Source of the DNA: a virus | Taxonomy: Duplodnaviria > Caudoviricetes | Virus record (IMG/VR): IMGVR_UViG_3300021958_000042 | Span: 20,668-84,667 of that record | Direction: 5' to 3' (one strand) | Length of the DNA: 64,000 bases | Shown: positions 10,269 through 21,400 of the stretch, piece by piece | Position numbering within the stretch: the stretch's first letter is position 1 | How the letters are laid out: every line of letters begins with the position of its first letter | Notes under the pieces: generated by a model | The model's input: only the letters and a program-made list of their open reading frames with translations | Databases searched by the model: none | Told to the model about the DNA's origin: nothing | Position numbers and translations under genes: made by a program

Positions 10269-10559
10269 TCAACCGCCAGCAAATACATTACCAGAACCAT
10301 TGGCAACAGCAGATCCGCAAGCAACTGGATCTCCTATTCTTCCTATAGGTTTTCCGTTTGCATAGACAGTGCTTGAGCCACCACCAAGAACAGAACCATG
10401 ACACGAAGGTCGGGGATTGCAATGCACAGCCCACCCATCACCTTTTCTATGTACACCAATTCCATTGACAAATACATTTCCACTTCCGCCTGTATTATTT
10501 CTTGGCGGATATGCACCATGTCCTGTGCATGTGTCTCCTAATCTAGTTACAGCTGGCAT
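10269..10559 (-). CDS. gp5.4: PAAR-repeat spike tip protein (T4 gp5.4-like)
   Basis: MPAVTRLGD.CTGHG..., VFVNGIGVHRKGD...HC, VYANGKPIGRIGDPVACGS..A.GS.NVFAG: classic PAAR repeats with Cys/His metal ligands. Confidence 0.93.
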   Translation of the reverse strand: MPAVTRLGDTCTGHGAYPPRNNTGGSGNVFVNGIGVHRKGDGWAVHCNPRPSCHGSVLGGGSSTVYANGKPIGRIGDPVACGSAVANGSGNVFAGG

Positions 10560-13500
10560 AAACTGGATACCCCCTTATTTCTCTTATATCATCTGTGTTA
10601 TCGTAAAATGTTTTCTCATCTACATTAAAATTACAATTCAATTTAAAGTTTCCATTTTCATCTGATATATCTTCAAGGTATTTAAATCTATTGTCTTGTG
10701 TAATATCAATTGGAAATGTTTTCTTAAAATATTCTAAATCAATTGAATTTAAAACTCTATTATTTACAATATAATTATTAGAAAATTTAGTTTCTTTGAA
10801 CACAACTGAGTCTATAAATGCTTCATAATCATTTCTCTGTTCCAAATCGTTATATTCTCTAATTCCGATTAATAAATTCTTTTTATACAAATAATCTACA
10901 ATATCGATTTTGGAATCCCTATAGTCTTTTATTATCTCTAACATTTCTTCATCTATACTAGAATTATTTATATTAGGATCATATCTAAATTGTTCATCTT
11001 TTCTTCTAGACTCTAACCATTCACGCCGCGAGGCAAAATCAGTATCATCTATATCATCAGATTTATGTAAAAATAAATCTCTATCAAATGAGAAATTATT
11101 ATAAATCTTAAATAATACTGTAATTTCTTTTACTACTGCACCAGAATTATCTATCACAAAATCATCTACATAAAATGTTAAGTTATCTTCATTTTTAACA
11201 ACTTCTAAAACAACACTTTCGGATGTAGTAACTCTGGCAATAACTTCATTATCTATTCCTGTAGAATTGATATTGTCTAAAAGAGATTGATTGCTATCTC
11301 TTTTTTCGATCAATACTTCTTTTTCTTGAATAGTTTCGGCAAAAATTATTTGATTATCTAAATTTGCTATATTATTTGATAAAATAGAACTAGATGTGAT
11401 AGATACATCTTCTACTGTTCTCTCGACACGATTTATGTCTATATCTCCTATCAATCTTTCTATTTCATGTCTAATTATTGTTACTACTTCAGTTCCAGAA
11501 CCCAAATTAACTGATCTTTGAAATTCTCCTAACTTTGCTCCAACAAAAAAAGTAGTATCTCCTTGTGTAATCTCTTGGCCCGCAACAAATTCTCTTCCAC
11601 TATTATCAGTAGGAATTAAATCAATTGTTCCTTTTGTGATGTTTGTTCCAAGAATTTTTACAGAAAATTCTCTAGGAGAAATTGGATTGAAATCTGTATA
11701 ATCGTAATCTAAGCTTTCGTTGTGGGATATAAAGTTGCCTTCATTATCCGTAAACCCCTGTGTCTTTGTCCAATCTTCAAATGCATATTCTCTCAAAAAT
11801 TTATCTGTCTCTGATAGTGTACCAGATATAACCCCCTCTGTAGACAATTTAAGACAATCTGGTAATCTTCCAGAAGATTCATCAATTTCATATATGAAGT
11901 TGAAGTTTGAATTTTCTCTATTAAATCCCCACACTTCATTTTTAGTACTGGCCAAATCCAGATCCCATTCGACATCAGAAAACTCAAACAAAAAGCTTGA
12001 GTTTATATCAGTTACTTCTTGAGTTTCCTTGTATATTCCTGTCTCATGTCTACCAGAACGGCCTGGAGCAGCGAATCCTTCATTTTCTTTTCCATAATCA
12101 ATCTTTGAAGCTTTCATGAAATTGATGTTGAAACCACCCATGGGAATTGTCTCGTGGCCATAGGCATTTGAACCATCAGATCTAATATGTCCAGAGGTAA
12201 TTTTATCATAAAATGTTGGCTGGAATTTATTAACATCAAATATATTAGAAGATATTCCAATGAAAGAATCGAAGAAAAATTCTATCACTCTGTCAATTAC
12301 CCTAAAGTTTGGACGGAATATTTCTTCTAACATCTGTTTTCCAAAAATATTCGTTTTTGGCGGAACGATTGCAGAAGTATGTAAAAAGAATTGTTCTATC
12401 ATATAAGAAACATCAGTATTCTCAAGTTCAAAATTGCTAAATTTTAAATTAGAATTCCACATATCGATATCAACAAAAAACAATTTATGTATATATGTTT
12501 TATCTAAAGTTTCAGTATAGTATGGTAAAACTTTAAACTGCATATCTTTTGTATGTTCGAAGAATAATCCTTTCGCCAATTCGTATTCAATCATAGATAC
12601 GCTTCGATATAAACTCTTATCTAAAATATTAAATGTTTGTTTAAATTCATAAAATGGAGAAGGTGTAAATTCAGCTGCGTCAAAAGTTCTCGAATATTCT
12701 CTATTATCGAATGCAAAATCTTTTGCAATTTCCGAAAATCTTTTGAAATTGTCGGCAGAGTCTATATATTTTTGAAACCCATAATTAATTGGGATAGTTT
12801 TATCTCTTGGTTTTCCGATATAAAGTGATTTTGTAATATCTCTTAAATAATCAACAGGTCTAAAGAAATATAATCCTTTCTGAGTATCTAAAACTAGATC
12901 TTGTTCTGATAAGATATTTTTAGAAGAATTTAATTCATAACCATATTTTTTAGTTGTATTTAAGTCTGCCATACCAACAAACTCAGACAGAGTTAAATCT
13001 TTTAATCCAAAATCTATCCCTCCAACAAAATCATTTTGTTGATACTCAAAACTATATTTTATGTTCATCAACGAAACATCTATGGTGTTATCTATTATAC
13101 TTTCCTTAATAGAAAGACCGTCTGATTGACTTTCTATAATGGAAGAAGTTTTAGTAAACGATTCTATAAATTGTTTAAAAGTATCTGCCCCATCAATATT
13201 CTCAATAATTTTTTGTCTGTCAAACATTTCTGATGACGCTGAATTAAATTCCGATATAACATTGATTAAACTGAGGCCGCCATATAATTGTATATCAATA
13301 TTTTCTGTAAGATATTCTTGTCGAGCACCAGTAAATGGAGAAAACTCAAATGTAGTTTTCTTGGGCATCAAAATCATATCTAAATTTGTATATTCTAGAA
13401 TAGTTCCGCCATATAAAGAAGGCCTAATAAGATCAACAAAATCTTGATTGTCTTCTTCTGCATTATAGAGTTCGAATGTGTATGTTTTATATTTTTCAAC

Positions 13501-15411
13501 AACAACATCATTTCCATTTTCTATAAAATATCTTTCTGCTGTAATTGATTCTATAAATTCGAAATTTTCTTTTGGATTTCTTGTGTAAGTTTCTACTGCT
13601 GCTTGTTCCATGGCAAAACCACCAACAAACAGCTGTCCTTGTTTGACAGTACTTAAAGAAACTCCACCTTCTAATAATGGATCGAAATTAATATTACTGA
13701 AAGATGCATTTCTTTGAGAGAAAGTTGAAAACCCAAATCTAGAATTAATAAACCTTTTAGTATCTTCATAATCATTCAAATCTATTTCTATGACAGTTTG
13801 AAGGTCAATATTAGTAGAATTCATTTGACTTGTATATACTTTTACAATATTTTGATTTTTTTCTACTCTTATCTTAGAACCAGTTGGACTTTGATCCCAT
13901 CCCCCAGCAGTATCTAGAGGGTTTGCTGGTGGTAATTCATTAGTCCACATATGACTACTTACATGATTTGATATAATGTTACCACTAAAATTGATAGACT
14001 GGCCGATGTTTGTAGCTAACATCCAAGTTTCTCCACCAAACATGCCTCCCTGAGTTCTGACAGCACTCAAAGTATACTCATAATCATCTTCTTTTACATA
14101 ACCAACTATCACGCCAATAGTATCATCGTCCTGAGCAGATGAATTAATATCTACTTCCAGATTAAAAGAATCGATGGGAGATGGAGAAACAAATCCAATA
14201 TACGACCTAGAATTTTCAGTAGATTTTATATCGTCATTAGAATCTACTGTCCAAGAATCTAATTCGCTTGGTCTATTTGGATATGTTGCGATTCCATTTG
14301 TCGGTAATGGGCCATGGGAAAACCTATGCCAAGAATTTAAAATACCATATGAATTTACGCCAGTTGTTCTAGGCTGCACATCCAATACACCATTTGTTAA
14401 ACCGTCCAGTGAAGTTAGAAATGTTATTTCTAGTTTTCTAGTAATTTCTCTATGTTTTACTAGTCTATATGTAAAATCAGTTTCATGTAATAATTGAACT
14501 CCATCTATCTCAATAGTAAATGGTCTAGTATTAATATTATCATTATCAATCCAATCGTCGATTGAACTAACCCATATATTAGATGAATATACTCCATCAT
14601 TAACAACATGAAAATTTTCTGTATATTCTCCCGAATTGATATCAAATGGATTTTCTATTATATCTGGAATTCTTTCAAACCCAAACCAAAGTAAACATCT
14701 TCCAGCTGGAATATCGATGTCTCTGATGTTTATAGATAAATTATTCCAACCAACATCATTTTCAACATCAAAGTCATAAGAAGCTACTAATTGAGAAGAA
14801 AGTCCAGAATGAAATTCGTCTAAATTGTTTATTGCATCTTCATATTCATCAAGACTTCTATATACATGTATACGCAATCTTGGATTTGAAGTTTGAATAT
14901 TTGTTGCATTTATCGAAAAATGAAAAGCATCATTTACAGTCTCTTCAACTAACTGATAATCTTGAACATGTTCAACAGGTTTGGTTGCAGTTTTTCTAAA
15001 ATCTCCTTCCAATACGATGAATGACGCAGATTCTTCATTTTTTTGATTTTGTCTTGATTGCCATTGTCCAGCATACATTTCATCAAAAAGAGAAATATAT
15101 GAATTTGGATCTGGAGCTTCAATATTAGAATAATTTTCTGAAGTTTCCGTTCCTACTTGAACATAATTACTAGTGCTTGCTTCTCTATAATCAACTTCTA
15201 GATAATTATAAATTAAATTGGATCGTATAACCTTGTATGGCTTATACATCTGCAGAGGATCTAATGCATTTGAATTTCCTCTATCATTCTCTGGATAATA
15301 ATAATTTATATACTGCAACTCAACTTCAGTTGCAGAATCAAAAATTATATTGTCTACTCTTCTCGTACTGGCCTTTACTGCTGGCCCACCACGAATTGTA
15401 ATTTGAGGCAT
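10543..15411 (-). CDS. 1622-aa putative virion protein with a lectin-like (TSP_C-like) domain and an Ig-like repeat
   Basis: Long ORF in the structural cluster. Internal SSAQDDDTIGVIVGY...TLSAVRTQGG resembles the thrombospondin C-terminal DDD-x-x-G motif; LPDCLKLSTEGVISGTL resembles He_PIG/Ig-like repeats. Confidence 0.55.
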   Translation of the reverse strand: MPQITIRGGPAVKASTRRVDNIIFDSATEVELQYINYYYPENDRGNSNALDPLQMYKPYKVIRSNLIYNYLEVDYREASTSNYVQVGTETSENYSNIEAPDPNSYISLFDEMYAGQWQSRQNQKNEESASFIVLEGDFRKTATKPVEHVQDYQLVEETVNDAFHFSINATNIQTSNPRLRIHVYRSLDEYEDAINNLDEFHSGLSSQLVASYDFDVENDVGWNNLSINIRDIDIPAGRCLLWFGFERIPDIIENPFDINSGEYTENFHVVNDGVYSSNIWVSSIDDWIDNDNINTRPFTIEIDGVQLLHETDFTYRLVKHREITRKLEITFLTSLDGLTNGVLDVQPRTTGVNSYGILNSWHRFSHGPLPTNGIATYPNRPSELDSWTVDSNDDIKSTENSRSYIGFVSPSPIDSFNLEVDINSSAQDDDTIGVIVGYVKEDDYEYTLSAVRTQGGMFGGETWMLATNIGQSINFSGNIISNHVSSHMWTNELPPANPLDTAGGWDQSPTGSKIRVEKNQNIVKVYTSQMNSTNIDLQTVIEIDLNDYEDTKRFINSRFGFSTFSQRNASFSNINFDPLLEGGVSLSTVKQGQLFVGGFAMEQAAVETYTRNPKENFEFIESITAERYFIENGNDVVVEKYKTYTFELYNAEEDNQDFVDLIRPSLYGGTILEYTNLDMILMPKKTTFEFSPFTGARQEYLTENIDIQLYGGLSLINVISEFNSASSEMFDRQKIIENIDGADTFKQFIESFTKTSSIIESQSDGLSIKESIIDNTIDVSLMNIKYSFEYQQNDFVGGIDFGLKDLTLSEFVGMADLNTTKKYGYELNSSKNILSEQDLVLDTQKGLYFFRPVDYLRDITKSLYIGKPRDKTIPINYGFQKYIDSADNFKRFSEIAKDFAFDNREYSRTFDAAEFTPSPFYEFKQTFNILDKSLYRSVSMIEYELAKGLFFEHTKDMQFKVLPYYTETLDKTYIHKLFFVDIDMWNSNLKFSNFELENTDVSYMIEQFFLHTSAIVPPKTNIFGKQMLEEIFRPNFRVIDRVIEFFFDSFIGISSNIFDVNKFQPTFYDKITSGHIRSDGSNAYGHETIPMGGFNINFMKASKIDYGKENEGFAAPGRSGRHETGIYKETQEVTDINSSFLFEFSDVEWDLDLASTKNEVWGFNRENSNFNFIYEIDESSGRLPDCLKLSTEGVISGTLSETDKFLREYAFEDWTKTQGFTDNEGNFISHNESLDYDYTDFNPISPREFSVKILGTNITKGTIDLIPTDNSGREFVAGQEITQGDTTFFVGAKLGEFQRSVNLGSGTEVVTIIRHEIERLIGDIDINRVERTVEDVSITSSSILSNNIANLDNQIIFAETIQEKEVLIEKRDSNQSLLDNINSTGIDNEVIARVTTSESVVLEVVKNEDNLTFYVDDFVIDNSGAVVKEITVLFKIYNNFSFDRDLFLHKSDDIDDTDFASRREWLESRRKDEQFRYDPNINNSSIDEEMLEIIKDYRDSKIDIVDYLYKKNLLIGIREYNDLEQRNDYEAFIDSVVFKETKFSNNYIVNNRVLNSIDLEYFKKTFPIDITQDNRFKYLEDISDENGNFKLNCNFNVDEKTFYDNTDDIREIRGYPVYASCN

Positions 15412-15417
15412 GTTTAA

Positions 15418-18400
15418 TTATCCAAAAAATCTATTACTATCATTTCTATCTATAAAGGGTCCAATTGGTTGATTTGTATTTTTATCTAATATAGGAACCA
15501 ATGTATATAATTTATCTTCTCCAGTTCTCATTATAATTATTCCTTTTTCGGAACTAAAGTCATCTAGTGCTTCTGAAATTGGTGGAGACAACTCCGGCAA
15601 TTCACTTTCATTTCCACCACCTATTGGTGCTGAAGATATTGGATCTTCTGCTGGTGGTTGTACAACAACAGGATTTTGATCTGCTTCTTCGCTTGGTGGT
15701 GAATTGATAAACTCCTCTGTCTCAGTTTCATCTGTTGCAACATTGTTTAAAGTACTCTCAGTTTCAGTTTCATCGACTGAGGGCCGCAATTCTATTGCCG
15801 CATCTACAGAAATATCCACAGATAATCTTGGTCTTGTATCCTGATCCTCTGGTTCGTCAATACTTGTTGTTGGTGGTAGAGTTGCATCTTCAGAATCATC
15901 ACTCAATTCAACTACTTCTACGCTAGATGTATCCGTATCGTCTTCCGACAGCACGGCCGGAACCGTAGAATCTCCAAGATCAGTGTCTCCAATAGAAGAA
16001 ACAGTATTGTCTGAAATGCTATCTTCGTCAGCTGACGATATAACTGCACCTTGATCTAAAGATTCATCATCATCCGATACAAATTGTATCGATTCTTGAT
16101 CGCTTTCATCTTCACCAGTGAGCGTAGATGTGCCCTCATCTGCTGGAGTTTCTTCCACGACACCTGTAGCTTGGGATATTTCTTGCTGTTCGTCTACAGA
16201 TGATGCAAAAGGAACATCGGCATTGTCTTGGGAGTCTTGATCGCTTGAAAGTTTTAAATCCTCATCATCAGCAATCTCAGAACCTTCTTCTGATACTAGC
16301 TCTGTTATTTCTACCACATTTCCATCTGTTACTGGTGGGATCGTATTATCTACTTCGGGTGTATCTGTTAAAATACCAACATCCGTATCATCAAGGCCTT
16401 CATCTTCTAATATTTGTGTAGCTTCTGTATCATTCTCTTCGCTAAAGGCTTGGGATTGTGATGGATCTGTGGCATCAGTTCTACCATCAGTTAAGGCCTC
16501 AACCGCATCAGTATCATCAATTCGTTCATCAACAAGCGCACCAACGGCATCCGTAGAATCGACTCTATCATCCGTCAATCCTTCTACAGCATCAGTATCA
16601 TCAAGTCTTTCATCAACAAGTGCTCCGATAGAATCGGTGCCATCTGTCCGTTCATCTTCTAGTGCTATTACTCCTTCACTAACATCCGTTCTATCATCTG
16701 TTAGTGCGCCTACTGAATCGGTATCATCAGTTCTATCATCTGTTAGTGCGCCTACTGAATCGGTATCATCAGTCCTTTCATCGGTAAGCGCCTCTACAGA
16801 ATCTGTAGAATCTACTCTATCATCTGTTAGTGCGCCTACTGAATCGGTATCATCAGTCCTTTCATCGGTAAGCGCCTCTACAGAATCTGTAGAATCTACT
16901 CTATCATCTGTTAGTGCAGCAACTGCATCTGTATCTTCTGTTCTAGCATCATCTTGTGATCCTAAAATTGTAACTTCGTCCTGACTATCATCAGTAAGTG
17001 TAGCTATAGAATCTGTATCATCCAATCTCTGGTCGGTTTGTGCTTCGATAGAATCTGTATTATCCTGTCTTTCGTCAGAATTTAATGTAGATGGGTCAGA
17101 AGTATCTTCTGTGGATGTTTCTGTAGAACCAACTGGTAATGTATTATCATCTGTTTCTGTGCTACTCAAGACACTTTCTGCTGAAGTATCGCCTAAATCA
17201 TCAGTTCCTGATAGCCCAATAATACTATCATCAATATTATCTGAAACGCCTGTTGTTATTGCAGTAGTATCATCTATATTATCATCTGTTACGGTGCTAA
17301 CAATAGAAGATTCATCTACTCTTACATCAATATCAACTTCAATAAAATCAGACTCGTCTGTTGGTATTTCTGAAGAAACATCCGTAATAATTAATTGGTC
17401 AGAAACATTTTCATCTGCTGCCGCAATTGCATCAGTATCGTCTATAGAACCTTGCTCGCCCTCTATACCGACAGATGTATCATCTTCTTCGGTTTCATCT
17501 CCCGATACTGATATTGTAGAATTATCGATAGAATCATTATCTGTAGCTGCAACAGCATCAGTTCCATCTCCTATACCATCTCCATCAATAAGAACTTCGC
17601 CCTGAGCATCTGTAGGAATTTCTGTAGGAATTACTCCCTGCCCACTTGCATCTGCCGGAATTTCTGATATAGAAGACACTGCTATAGATTCTTCATCACT
17701 CTCATCTGAGTCGATAGAAATATCCACTGAAGAATCTATAGTAGTAGCTGATACGGAAGAAGTCTCTGCTGCAGAATCTTCTGCAGATTCATTATCTGAT
17801 TGTAATATATCAGAATTGTCTTCTGAAATTTCTGCGCTAACTAAGTTATCCTGAGAACTATCTTCTGGAGTTTCGTCTGATATTTGCAAATCAACTAATG
17901 TATCATCTACAACATTGCCATCTGTCAAAGATACATCTGAAGTATCTACCTCTGATTCTGATGCAGAAAGTATCGCATCAGTATCATCGACTGCAGAAAC
18001 AGTTGCAGTTTCAATTGCATCAGTATCATCAGGAGTTTCCGTATCGGTAGACTTTGCAATATCAATTTCATCCAACAATTGATCTGAATCTGTTACATCT
18101 TCTGTAGATAATTCTTCTATATTCTCAGCTGAGGTAGATTTGACTGTTTCACTATCACCAATATTTTCAGTTGTTGTTGATATATCTCCAGATAATTCCA
18201 ATACTTCTTCACCGTCTGCCAAAACAGCTGTAGATGTGTCATCGATAGAATCGATATCACCCACAAGCAAGGAAGAGTTTTCTTCTACCTCTTCTCTATC
18301 AATCTGACCTATTGCAGAACTATCTTCAGGTGTCGCAGAATCTGAAAAAATATTATCTGTTGTTTCTTCTACATTTTCATCTGCGATAGTTAATACTGAT

Positions 18401-21400
18401 GTGTTATCGCCAACTTCTTCAGATGTTGATAAAATCCCTTCGTTGGTTTCTCCAACTTCTTCCGCGGCCGCAGCTGATGGGGATGTGTCATCTAGTGACC
18501 CTATATCATTTACTGATAAGGTTTCTGGAATATCTTCTACTTGTTCATCATCAACTATAGATATTTCAGAAACATCGCTCGTTTCTTCAGAAGATAATGA
18601 TAAAGATTCTGAACTATCTTCTACATCTGCACTATCACCAGCAATAATCGCAGAAGTATCTTCTGCCGCCTCTGCAGTTACCTCTATGGATTCTGAACTA
18701 TCGGCAACTTCTGCACTATCACCAGCAATAATCGCAGAAGTATCTTCTGGTGCTTCTATAGAAGTTTCTATAGATTCTGAACTATCTTCTACATCTGCAC
18801 TATCACCAGCAATAATCGCAGAAGTATCTTCTGGTGCTTCTATAGAAGTTTCTATAGATTCTGAACTATCTTCTACGCCTATAGAATCTCCAATAGAGAT
18901 TGTAGAAGTATCTTCTGGTGCTTCTACAGTTACCTCTATGGATTCTGAACTATCCTCTAAGCCTATAGAATCTCCAATAGAGATTGTAGAAGTATCTTCT
19001 GGCGCTTCTGTTGGGGGTGTTTTAGATTCTGAACTATCATCTACATCTGTGGCCACGGTTGGTGTGGTAGATGAAGAGTCTTCGGGTACATTGCTAGTAA
19101 GAAGTGAAGATTCAGTACTGTCAGTTGGAAGTTCTGATGCTGCTTGGGCGTTCACTGTGAGATCGGCGGTGGCTTCGGTTGCTAAAACTGAAGGATCAGT
19201 GTTATCTTGTACGTTGTTTGCGGCTGCTAATAGAGTTTCAGTATCATCTTCTGATGTTTGAGAAGCGAGTATAAATTCTCCAGATTCATCAGGGACTTCA
19301 TCAACAGTAGAAGCTGTTTCAAAAGACGAATCTTGTGGTATTTCTGAATTTAAAATTTCATTTTCAGTTATGTCTGGTATATTTTCTGATGTATCAGAAG
19401 TTTGAGAAATATCATCCTGATTGACATTAGTTGATGTGACAAAATCGAATGAAGAATCATCAGAAATATTTGAAGGTGCTTCGATGGCATCTGTTGTATC
19501 TAAACTTTCACCCACCTGTCCAGCCGAAATGAATGAATCTTCATCTACATTTTCTGAATCTATAGCGGATGGTATAGAATCGTCTGGAACTTCTCCACTA
19601 GAAGAAATATTTTCTGCAGAATTTTCATCTACATTTTCTGAATCTATAGCGGATGGTATAGAATCGTCTGGAACTTCTCCACTAGAAGAAATATTTTCTG
19701 CAGAATTTTCATCTACATTTTCGTCTGCAACTACGATAATATTAGATTGATCAGTGTCATCATTAGCAGATGAAGAAACGATAAAACTATCCTCATCAAC
19801 ATTTTCTGATGCCACACCTAAAGCAATGTCGTTATCTTGAACATTTTCTGAAGATGTTAAACTTTCTGTTGTAACTTCGGGAGTAGTATCTTCTCCCAAT
19901 GTTGATGCTACTGCAAGGTCTTCTACTTGATCGGAACTAGCAACAATAGAATCTGTTGAATCTTCTGGAACTTCGGCATCTTCATTTGAAATAGTAGATG
20001 TATCATTGCTTTCGGAATCAGAAACTGATATAAATGAAGAAGAATCTTCGGAAACTTCTGTAGCTATAGTTATTTCTGGAGAAAAATCATCCGATGTCTC
20101 TGTAGACCCAACAACGAAATCTGTATTATCTACTGTATCATCCGCACCAGCGTTAATTTCTACACTACCAGTTATTTTGTCTTGGGCTTCAGCAATATCT
20201 ACGCTTTCACTAGTTTCTCTAACATCTAGAAAGCTAGCAATTTCTTCTTGTTCTGTTTGTTGAAGTGCAGTTTCGACAAAAGTTTCGATATCTTCTACAA
20301 GTGACTTATCTTGTAAATTAAAAGTTTCTACAATTTCAGATATTGGAGTATCTAAAAGGGTATTTACAAATACATCTGTAAAATAATTTTGTGTAGTAGT
20401 AGATATATTTTCAGTTATGGACTGGACCGTTAAATCCTGTAAAGCTTCTATCTCTGCAACACTCTGAACACTATTTTCGATAAAAAACTGTAATTCTGTG
20501 ATTGATAATATATTTGTATTTTTTAATTCATCAACATCAATAAAATTAGATAGATTTTGAATAATAAAATCAATAGTTAATTTTTCACTAAAACTTTCCA
20601 ACTGAGTTAGGAAAGAACTTTCAGTCTGTTCGATTAAATCTGCTAACTTTAGCTCAGAATTTTCTGACAACTCTCCTATTAGTTGCTCTATAAGATTTGT
20701 TTTTTCAAGATCTTCATCGTATTCTGAATTTAGTGTGGATTCTGTTTCTATATTTTCTGTGGGGGTTATTTTGGATAATGATTGGGCCTCAGAAAATTCT
20801 GTTAAATCTACAGTCGATTGTTCTTCTATTTCAGTAGAACTTACAAAATTCGCATCGGAAGAGGTAATATTTTCAACAACTTCAGTAGAAGAGACTTCAG
20901 AAATGGATATAGTTTCGCTAGTTTCTGTCGCAGATGTTTCTTTTGTATCTGTAGTTTCAGAAACTTCGGTAGCAGATGTTTCTTTTTTATCTGTAGTTTC
21001 AGAAACTTCGGTAGCAGATGTTTCTTTTTTATCTGTAGTTTCAGAAACTTCGGTAGAAGAAATATCAGAAAATAATATAGTTTCACTAGTTTCTGTCGCA
21101 AATGTTTCTTTTGTATCAGCCGTTTCACTAGTCTCTTCTCTTTCAATTTCTGATACATCACTTATATCTGCGATTTCGGTAGATTTTAAATTTGAAGCTT
21201 CAATAGTCTCAATGTTTTCTAGTGATGTTATCTGAGAAATATCCAGCTCGTCGATAGTTTCAGTAACATCTACCCCAATAGTAGAATTAGATTCATTTTC
21301 TTCAATTTTATCAAGATCGCCAATCGCCTGTGTTTCCACAGCATCCGTAATCTTTTGTTCTTCTGTAGATGCGATTTCTGATTCTTCAATAGTTTCGATA

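Noticed and set aside
16460-21055. Regularly spaced 42/84-bp repeats as a possible CRISPR array
   Set aside because: The units are contiguous in-frame coding repeats without unique spacers or palindromic direct repeats, and no cas genes are present.
16469-21235. Long Ser-rich plus-strand ORFs (16469, 17111, 18401, 19421, 20006, 20735)
   Set aside because: Antisense shadows of the acidic repeat protein; its biased codons deplete stops on the opposite strand.
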